Origin: an uncultured Verrucomicrobiota bacterium
GTDB taxonomy: Bacteria > Verrucomicrobiota > Kiritimatiellia > CAIKKV01
Assembly (NCBI GenBank): GCA_964609905.1
Contig: CAZSUH010000002.1
Location: 3,148-67,147, forward strand
Length of the DNA stretch: 64,000 bases
Reading direction: 5' to 3'
The number at the start of each line of letters is the position of its first letter. Position 1 is the stretch's first letter. This document shows positions 26,944 to 36,900 of this stretch, one piece after another. The notes below the pieces were generated by a model, which did not search any database, was not told where the DNA came from, and was given only the letters and a program-made list of their open reading frames with translations. The translations under genes were made by a program, and so were the position numbers.

Positions 26944-27781
26944 GACCGGAATCCACCGCTGCGAGGCTGATCGACCACTCATCCGCGGCGCGGATCAGCC
27001 TGTCGCGCTCCAGCAGGATGGTCCGGCCGGCTTCCACGGCCAGCACGGATGCTTTGACCTTGCGCAGCCCTTCGAGCGTGCGCATGCCGATGACGGGAAT
27101 ATCGAAACGGACATCGTGGCCGAGTTTGGCGACCTTGACCACGACGATGCCCGGGCCGCCCAGTTCGCCGGCACGGCGGATGGCGGCGTCCGTGCCCTCG
27201 AACGCCTCGACCGCCAGCACGACGCCATCCTTGAGTACCACGGTCTGGCCGATATCGAGTCCGCTGGTGTGTTTGGCCACCTTGAGTCCGAGCGCGATAT
27301 CCCGGGCCTCCGTCTCCGACGGCGAGCGGCGGGTCAGGTTTCCGGGCGCGGGCATGGCGCTTTGCATGAACATCCAGGCGGGGAGCAGGTCGATGCCGGC
27401 GGCGCGCAGTTCCTCCGCGATGGCGCCGAAGATCGTCTCCGCGTTTTTCACGGGCAGCCGGCGGAGGAGGGCCAGGGCCCGGGCGTCGAAGCGGAGCGAG
27501 AAGAGGCTGGTCGGGGTGATCAGGCCGGCCATGACGGCGTGGGGGATGCCCAGGGGCGCGAGGGCGGCGAGCAGTTTGTCGAGGCTGCCGAGGCGCAGCC
27601 AGGTGACCGCGTCGGCCCACTTTTCGAGCTTGCGGTCGGTCTCGCCCTTGAAAGCGATGACGTGGAGGCGCTTGACCCCTTGCTGCCGGGCGGAACAGGC
27701 CAGTTCCAGGGGATACGCGCCTTTGCCCGCGATCAGGATGATGGCGTCGGGTGTGGCGGGGAGTGGCTTTTGCTCATTCAT
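26927..27781 (-). CDS. lpxI: UDP-2,3-diacylglucosamine hydrolase LpxI (DUF1009)
   Basis: DUF1009 architecture, ~280 aa. The position immediately upstream of lpxB matches the canonical lpxI locus. Confidence 0.6.
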   Translation of the reverse strand: MNEQKPLPATPDAIILIAGKGAYPLELACSARQQGVKRLHVIAFKGETDRKLEKWADAVTWLRLGSLDKLLAALAPLGIPHAVMAGLITPTSLFSLRFDARALALLRRLPVKNAETIFGAIAEELRAAGIDLLPAWMFMQSAMPAPGNLTRRSPSETEARDIALGLKVAKHTSGLDIGQTVVLKDGVVLAVEAFEGTDAAIRRAGELGGPGIVVVKVAKLGHDVRFDIPVIGMRTLEGLRKVKASVLAVEAGRTILLERDRLIRAADEWSISLAAVDSGHERFG

Positions 27782-27903
27782 CTTGGCCGGGGATTATAGG
27801 AAGAAACAGGTTGGGAAGCGAACCAATTCAGGAATTTTCTTGTCTGTGTTTAAAAAATCATATTAAATAACAGTGACGCGTTTTTTGGTACGGGGGCGAC
27901 TGT

Positions 27904-30900
27904 ATGAAATTCACTTTTTCGCTGTTATTCCTTTGCGGACTGTTCGGCTTCATGTCGGGCCGGGATTGCGATGCGGAAAACGTCGTGGCTTGGGGCAATA
28001 ACCTGTACGGCCAGACGAACGTGCCGGCCGGTTTGGGCGATGTGCGAGCGGTCTCGGCAGGCGGGTATCACAGCCTGGCGCTGCGGACGGACGGGACGGT
28101 CTCGGCATGGGGCTATAATGTGGTTGGGCAGACAAATGTGCCGTCCGGGTTATGCAACGTGGTGGCGCTGGGGGCGGGGTATGCGCACAACCTGGCGTTG
28201 CGGGGGGACGGGACGGTGGTGGCGTGGGGCCTAAACTCGTACGGGCAAACGAACGTTCCGGCCGGATTAAGCAACGTGGTGGCGGTGGCGGGGGGGGGAT
28301 GGCACAGCCTGGCGTTGCGGGCTGACGGGTCGGTGGTGGCCTGGGGATACAACGAGTATGGGCAGACAAATGTGCCGGCAGGATTGAGCGGCGTGACGGC
28401 GATCGCGGCGGGAACCTATCATAACCTGGCGTTGCGGGCGGACGGGACGGTCGTCGCCTGGGGGTGGAACGCGCGCGGACAAACGAATGTGCCTGTTTCA
28501 GTGAGCAACGTGGTGGCGGCGGCAGCGGGCGTGGAGCACAGCCTGGCGTTGAAGGCGGATGGGACGGTGGCGGGCTGGGGATACAACGGGTATGGGCAAC
28601 GGTCTATTCCGGCTGGTTTAAGCGACGTGACCGAGGTGGCGGGCGGCGATTATCACAGCCTGGCCTTGCGGGCGGACGGGTCCGTGGTGGTGTGGGGGTA
28701 TAACAGCTCCGGCCAGACGAATGTGCCGGCGGGGCTGAGCAACGTGGCCGCGATCGATGCGGGGGATTATCACAATCTGGCGGCCGTGGAAGTCGGCGCG
28801 CCGGTGGCCTTTCCGATGGTCAGGCAGACCGTCATAGGCGGTGGTAAATGCCTGTTTTTAAGAGCGGTGGCGGCGGGCGCCCGTCCGATGCAGTTTCAAT
28901 GGGAGCGCGATGGTGAGCCGGTCGGCGGACAGACGAACGCCGTTCTGGCCGTCCGGGACTCCCTGCCCGGCGAGAAAGAGTACCGGTGCGTGATCTCGAA
29001 TGCGTGGGGCGCGGTCACGAGCGACACGGTGCGGGTGACGGTGGGGAACCTGGCGGCCTGGGGGTGGAACGAATACGGCCAGACCGCCTTGCCGCAGGAG
29101 GTCACCAACGCGGTGGCGGTGGCGGCGGGTGGTTTCCACGGCCTGGCGTTGCGGTCGGATGGAACCCTGGCGGGTTGGGGCTTGAACGGGTATGGGCAGG
29201 CGGCGGCGCCGGCGGGGCTGAGCAACGTGACGGGTGTGGCGGCGGGGTATACGCATAGTCTGGCCTTACGGACCGATGGGACCGTGATGGCCTGGGGGGA
29301 AAACGATGTCGGGCAGACGAATGTGCCGGTGGGACTGAGCAACGTGACGGCGGTGGCGGCGGGGGGACGGCATTGTCTGGCGGTGCGGGCGGATGGGACA
29401 CTGACCGCCTGGGGGGCCGACGACTGTGGCCAGGCGGTTCCGCCGGCGAACTTGAGCAGTGTCGTGGCGGCGGCGGCGGGGGAACGGCATAGCCTGGCGT
29501 TGCGCGCGAACGGAACGGTGACCGTCTGGGGCGACAACACCTATGGGCAGAAAAATGTGCCGGCGGGTCTGCGCCAGGCGGCGGCCGTGGCGGCGGGGGC
29601 GTATCACTGTCTTGCGGTTCGGGTGGATGGAACGGTGATGGCCTGGGGGCGGAACACGGAAGGCCAGACGACCGTGCCGGCGGGCTTGACCAATGTGGTG
29701 GCGGTGGGCGCGGGGTGGGGGCACAGCGTGGCGGTGCGCGCGGACGGCACCGTGACGAATTGGGGCTTGAGCGGCCGGGGGCAGGGTGATATTCCCCCGG
29801 GGCTGAGCAATGTGACGGCGATCGCGGGGGGCGATTACCACACGCTGGCGTTGCTGGGGTCGGGCGCTCCTGTCGCGCTCCCGCTGGTCGGGCAGCTTTC
29901 GGTGGCGGCGGGGCAGATGCTGTATGTGCGAGCGGAGGCCGCGGGCGCGCGGCCGATGCACTATCAGTGGGAGCGTGATGGAAACGCCGTCGCCGGCCAG
30001 ACGGGGGCCGTGCTGTCCGTGCGGGACGTCGTGCCCGGAATCAAGGAGTACCGCTGCGTGATCGCCAACGCCCGCGGCGTGACCACCAGCGGCGTGGCGC
30101 GGGTCAGCGTGGCCAATGTCGCATTATGGGGCGGGCAGTATCTCAGCCAGCTCAACCTGCCGCCGGGCTTGAACAACGCGGTGGCTGCGGCGGGCGGGGG
30201 CAGTCATGGCCTGGCGTTGCGGGCGGACGGCACGGTGGCGGCGTGGGGCGAGAACGATTACGGGCAAACGGCGGTCCCGGCGGGGTTGAGCAATGCGGTG
30301 GCCATCGCGGCGGGAGTGCGGCACAGCTTGGCGCTGCAGGCCGACGGCGCGGTGCGCGCATGGGGCGCGAACGATTCCGGTCAGACGAATGTGCCGGCGG
30401 ATTTAAGAGGGGTGACGGCGGTGGCGGCGGGTGGCAACCACAGCCTGGCGCTGGAAGCGGACGGCACGGTGACGGCGTGGGGGGAAAACGAGGCCGGTCA
30501 AACGGCGGTCCCGGCGGAGGTGAGCAATGGGGTGGCTATCGCGGCGGGGTTGGACCATAGCCTGGCGTTGCGGGCCGACGGCACGGTGGTGGCGTGGGGC
30601 GCGAACGAGGCCGGGCAATCGGATGTGCCGGTGGGTTTGACCAATGCGGTGGCGGTGGCGGCGGGCGGCAGTCATAGCCTGGCCTTGCGGGCGGACGGGA
30701 CGATCGTGTCGTGGGGGTCGAACGATCTGGGCCAGCGCAATCTACCGGCGGGGCTGAGCAACGGGGTAACGGTGGCGGCGGGTTACCGGCACAGCCTGGC
30801 GCTGCGCGCGGACGGCACGGTGGCCATGGCGGGCTGGAACGAATATGGACAGCAGGAGGCGCCGCCGGGGTTGAGCAACGTGGCGGCCGTGGCGGCGGGT

Positions 30901-33900
30901 TGGAGCCAGAGTCTGGGTGTGTGTGGCGTCGGCGCGCCGGTGGCGCTGCCGATGGTGGAACAGGCCGTGGTGGTCGCGGGAGACGGCCTGTTTCTCCAGG
31001 CCGGGGTGCTGGGCGCCTGGCCGCTGGCCTATCGCTGGGAGCGGAACGGCGAGCCCCTGGAGGCGCCGCCGGGGGCGGTGCTGAGGGTGTGGGGCACGGT
31101 TCCGGGAGTCGGGGAATATCGTTGCGTGATTTCCAACGCTTATGGCGTGACCACGAGCGGCGTGGTGCGCGTGACGGTGGATCCGTTGCGGATGCGAACC
31201 CATCCGCTCCGGGGGACGCCGTATCTCGGGCAAACCTGGGCGTTTGCCGCGGACGCCTACGGCGTGCCGCCGATTCGGTACCAGTGGATGAAAAACGGGA
31301 TCCCGATTGTAGGGGAAACAGGAACGACGTTAGCCGTGACGGACTGCGGCTTCGGCGATTCCGGCGAGTATCGCCTGATCGCGTCGAACGCCCTGGCGGT
31401 GGCGACGTCGGATGTCGCGCGCCTGACGGTGGTGAACGTGGCCGCCTGGGGCGATAACGGATGGGGGCAAACGGCGATTCCGGGGAATTTGACCAATGCG
31501 GCGTCGGTGGCGGCGGGCGAGAATCACAGTCTGGCGTTGCGGGCGGACGGGACGGTGGCGGCCTGGGGTTGGAACGGATACGGGCAGACGGCCGTGCCGG
31601 CGGGGCTGATCAACATGACGGCCGTCGCGGCCGGCGCCTGCCACAGCCTGGCGTTGCGGGCGGACGGGACGGTGGCGGCCTGGGGTTGGAACGAATACGG
31701 GCAGGCGGCCGTGCCGACGGGGCTGAGCAACGTGACGGCCGTCGCGGCCGGAGCCAATCACTGCCTGGCGCTGGCGGCGGACGGCCGGGTGTCGGCGTGG
31801 GGGGATAACGATTACGGGCAAACGAACCTGCCGGCGGGCTTGAGCAACGTGACGGCCATCGCGGCGGGGGATATTTTCAACCTGGCACTGGGGGCGGACG
31901 GCCGGGTGTGGGCGTGGGGCAATAACGACGATGGGCAGACGAACCTGCCGGCAGGCTTGAGCAACGTGACAGCCATCGCGGCGGGCGTGGCGCATGGCCT
32001 GGCGTTGCGGGCGGATGGGACCGTGGCGGCCTGGGGTTGGAACGAGTATGGGCAGGCGAACGTGCCGGCCGGACTGAGCAACGTGACGGCCGTGGCGGCG
32101 GGATCGACGCACAGCCTGGCGGTGCGGGCGGACGGCTCCGTGATGGTGTGGGGGCATAACGGCGCCGGCCAGACGAACGCGCCGGCGGACTTGCGCCATG
32201 TCGTGGCGGCGGCGGCGGGCGGCCAGCATGCGCTGGCGTTGCTGGGAACGGACGCGCCGGCGCCGGCGCCGATGGTGGAGCGGACGGTGGTGGTGGCGGG
32301 CGGCGGCCTTTTTTTGAGGGCGGGCGTGCTGGGCGCCTGGCCGATGGCTTATCGATGGGAACGGGACGGCATTCCCGCGGCCGGTCAAACGGGGGCGGTG
32401 CTGGCGGTGAATAATGCGGAAATGGGGACATGGAATTACCGCTGCGCGGTTTCGAACGCGTGGGGCGCGACCACGAGCGGCGTGGTGCGCGTGACGGTGG
32501 AACCGTTGCGGGTGAGCCTGCATCCCCGGGGAGGCATCCGCTATCTAGGGCAGAGCTGGTCGTTCACCGGGGCGGCTTACGGCGTTGAGCCGATCGGGTA
32601 CCAGTGGTTCAAAGACGGCGTGGCGATGGCCGGCGAAACCGGAACCACGTTTTCCGTGGCGGCCTGCGGGTTGGCGGATTCCGGCGATTATGGCATGGTG
32701 GCCTCGAACGCATTGGGAAGCGTGACGTCCGCCCTGGCGCGGTTGGCGGTCGTGAATGTGGCGGCGTGGGGGTATGACGGGCAGGGCCAGACGGACGTGC
32801 CTTCGGATTTAAGCAATGCGGTGGCCGTTTCCGCGGGCTATGTGTTCAGCCTGGCGTTGCGCGAGAACGGCCGGGTGGCCGTCTGGGGGGCCGGCGGGAT
32901 GGGCCAGTGGGATGTGCCCGCGGGATTGACCAACGCGGTGGCCGTGGCGGCGGGGTACGATCATGCCTTGGCGCTGCGGGCGGACGGGACGGTGGCGGGA
33001 TGGGGCGACAACACTTCGGGTCAGGCGACGCCGCCGGAGGGGTTGAACAACGTGACGGCGGTGGCGGGTGGCGTCGACCACAGCCTGGCATTGCGGGCGG
33101 ACGGGACGGTGGCGGCCTGGGGCGACAACGGGCAGGGCCAAACGGCTGTGCCGGGCGATGCAAGCAATGTGACGGCCATCGCGGCCGGGGATCGGCATAA
33201 CCTGGCGCTGCGTGCGGACGGGACGGTGGCGGCGTGGGGCAATAATTATTTCGGGCAGACGGATGTGCCGGCGGGGTTGAGCAATGTGGCGGCGGTGGCG
33301 GCGGGCGGCTCGTTCAGTCTGGCGCTGCGGGAAGACGGATCACTCGTGGCCTGGGGCTACAACTACTACGGGCAGACGAATGTGCCCCCGGATCTGCTCG
33401 ACACGGCGGCGGCGTCGGCGGGTGGAAGCCACTGCCTGGCCCTGCGGCAAAGCGGAACGGTTGAAGCGTGGGGGAATGACGGGAGCGGAGAGACGGATGT
33501 GCCGGCGGATTTGAGGCACGTGACGGCGGTGGCGGCGGGCGGCGCCCACAGCCTGGCCGTTCAGTGGACAGGCGCGCCCCGGCCGGCTCCGATGGTGGGC
33601 GAGGCCGCAACCGCGCCGGGTCGTCTGCTGTTTTTAAGAGCCGGCGCCTTGGGCGGCCGACCGATGGCGTTCCGGTGGGAGTGCGACGGCGTCCCCGTAA
33701 TCGGATCGGCTGGTCCTGTCCTGAAAGTCGAGGAAACGACCCCCGGGGCGCGGGAATACCGCTGCGTGATCTCGAATGCCTGGGGCGTGGCCACCAGCGC
33801 CGTGGTGCGGGTGACGGTGGGCAATCTCGTGGCCTGGGGAAACGGGGAAGAGGGGCAGACGGATGTTCCTTTCGACACGAATATCGCGGCGGTGGCCGCG

Positions 33901-36900
33901 GGCGCCTACCACAGCCTGGCGCTGCGGATGGATGGATCGGTCGCGGCCTGGGGTTGGAATGGATATGGGCAGACGGATATTCCGGCCGGGCTTAGCAACG
34001 TCACGGCACTCGCAGCGGGAGAAAACCACAGTCTGGCGCTGCGCGCGGATGGGACGGTGCTGGCCTGGGGCGGCAATGGAAGCGGTCAAACGAACGTGCC
34101 GGCGGGCCTGGTTGACGTTCAGGATGTGGCGGCGGGCGGCGCCCATTCTCTCGCCTTGCGGGCGGACGGGACCGTGGCGGCCTGGGGTGGGAATGAATAT
34201 GGGCAGACCGATATTCCAACCGGCCTCAGCAACGTCACGGCGATCGCGGCGGGAGAAAACCACAATCTGGCGCTGCGGGCGGATGGAACGGTGGCGGCCT
34301 GGGGGAATGGCGGGCAGGGGCAGACCAATGTGCCGGTTGAACTCGGCAACGCGGTGGCGGTGGCGGCGGGCGGGTATCACAGCCTGGCGCTGCGTGCGGA
34401 CGGGACGGTGCTGGCCTGGGGATCGAACAACGAAGGCCAGACGAATGTGCCGGCGGGGCTGAGCAACGCGGTGGCGGTGGCGGCGGGCGAGAAGCACAGC
34501 CTGGCATTTCTGGCGGACGGGACGGTGATGGGCTGGGGCGATAACGGGAGCGGCCAGTCCGCGCCCCCGTCGGGCTTGAGCCACGTGACGGCGGTGGCGG
34601 CGGGCGGAAGCCACAGCCTGGCGGTTTTGTGGGGCGCGGCGCCGGCGCCGGCGCCGATGGTGGACCGGGTGGAAACGGCGGCCGGCCGGCCGTTCTATCT
34701 CCGGACGCGCGCGTTGGGCGGTTGGCCGATGCGGTATCAATGGGAGGTGAACGGCGCGGCCATCGACGGGCAGACAAACGCCGTGCTGACGGCGCGGGAA
34801 ACGAGCCCCGGCCTGCGGGAATACCGGTGCGTGATTTCGAATGCCTGGGGCGCAACCACGAGCCGCGTGGTGTCCGTGAACGCGGCTTGTGTCGCGGCCT
34901 GGGGGCAGAACGAATTCGGCCAGGCCGACGTGCCGCGGGGGTTGTCGGACGTGATGGCGATGTCCGCGGGGGGCTATCACAGTCTGGCGCTCAGGAGGGA
35001 CGGAACGGCGAAAGCCTGGGGCCTGAATGGGAACGGTCAAGCCCATGTGCCGCCGGGCTTGAGCAACCTGACCGCGATCGCGGCGGGCGGGTATCATAAT
35101 CTGGCGTTGCGGGAAGACGGGACGCCGGTCAGTTGGGGTAACGCGTCCTATGGCCTGACGAATATTCCCGCGGGGTTAACCCAGGCGGTGGCCGTGGCCG
35201 CGGGGAATGTCCACAATCTGGCGCTGCTTGCGAATGGCACGGCTGCGGCCTGGGGCTATGGCGGGAATGGGCAGACGAATGTGCCGGCGGGGTTGAGCAA
35301 TGTGACCGCGATTGCGGCCGGCGGCTACCATAATCTGGCGCTGCGGGTGGACGGCTCCGTCGTGGCGTGGGGGTGGAACGAGTATGGGCAGACGAACGTC
35401 CCGGCGGGGTTGAGCAACGTGACGGCGGTGGCCGCCGGCCTGAACCACAGCCTGGCGGTGTTGGCGGACGGAACCCTGGTGGCGTGGGGACGCAACGAAA
35501 TGGGCCAGGGGGATATCCCGGCCGGTCTGAGCAATGCGGTCGAAGCGGCGGGCGGGGATTACCACAGCGTGGCGTTGCGGGCGGATGGAACCCTGGCGGC
35601 CTGGGGGCATAACAGCGACGGGCAAGCGGTCGTGCCGGAGGGATTGAGCAATGGGATGCGCGTGGCGGCCGGGTATTATCACAATCTGGCGGCGCTGGGA
35701 TCCGGCCCGCCCGCGGTGGCGCCGATGGTTCGACAGGCGGAGTTGATCGCCGGCCAGACGGTGTGTTTGCGGGTTGCGGCATCCGGCGGCCGCCCGATTC
35801 GATATCAATGGGAGCGAAACGGCGAGCGCTTGGACGGGCAAACCGGCGCCATGCTGGCGGTGACGGCGCAGGCTCTCGGAGACTGGGAATACCGGTGCGT
35901 GATTTCGAATGCCCTGGGCGTGATCACCAGCGGAGTGGTGCGCGTGGCGGTGAAGCCCCCGCGGGTGTCGATTGACCGGACGACCCTGAATGTGCCCGAA
36001 GGCGGGACCGCGCAATTCGGCGTCAAATTGAGCGCCCAGCCGACCGGGGAGACCGTGGTGGCGGTGGCGCGGGTGTCGGGCGACGCGGATATCGCGGTCA
36101 GCGCGGGAGCGTCGCTCACGTTCACGCCGGGTAATTGGGACGCGTATCAGGCCGTGACCCTGGCCGCGGCCGAGGACGACGGGGATCAGGCGAACGGCGC
36201 GGCGACGATCCGGTGCGGCGGCGTGGACGTGATCCCCGCGGAACTCGCGGCCATCGAGGCGGATGACGACGTCTTGCTGACGGTGAACTCGCCGTATGGC
36301 GTCGTGAGCAGGAATCCGGACCAACCGTATTATGAAACGGGATCCGTGGTGACGCTCACGGCATCGCCACGCGCGTCCTATGTCTTTGTCGGGTGGAGCG
36401 GCGGCGCGAGCGGGGCCGCCAATCCGGCGGCCGTGACGATGGACGGCGACAAGACGGTGACGGCGAACTACGGGCCCGTCAAACCCGTCGTGTTGCCGCC
36501 GCGGACGATCGCCGCGAAATCCTTCACGGCCCGTTGGAGATGGGTGGAAGGCGGGGCGCCGGAGGGGCAGTTAAGCGTCGCCACGGATGCCGCGTTCACC
36601 AAGCCGGTCGCGGGATACCAGAACCGGTACGTGGCGAACGTTTCGGAATGGCTTGTCACGGGGTTGCGTTCCGGGATCACCTATTGGTATCGGGTGCGGC
36701 GCGTATTGCCGGGGGGCGAGTTGAGCGGCTGGTCGACCGCCATGAAAGTGCGGACCGGGAAAGGGCTGCCGGCTTTCAAGAACCTGCTGAACGACGGCCC
36801 GGCGGCCCGGGGCGTGAAGCAGCAGTTTGCGGTGGCCAACCTGGCGGCCGGCCGCGGCGTGTTGACGGTGAAATCCTCCAATCTGAACGGGGTCAAGCCG

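Noticed and set aside
27970-35800. Tandem repeat array considered as a possible CRISPR or satellite
   Set aside because: The repeats are in-frame 120-bp protein-coding blades with no unique spacers and no cas genes. They are a coding repeat array, not a CRISPR.
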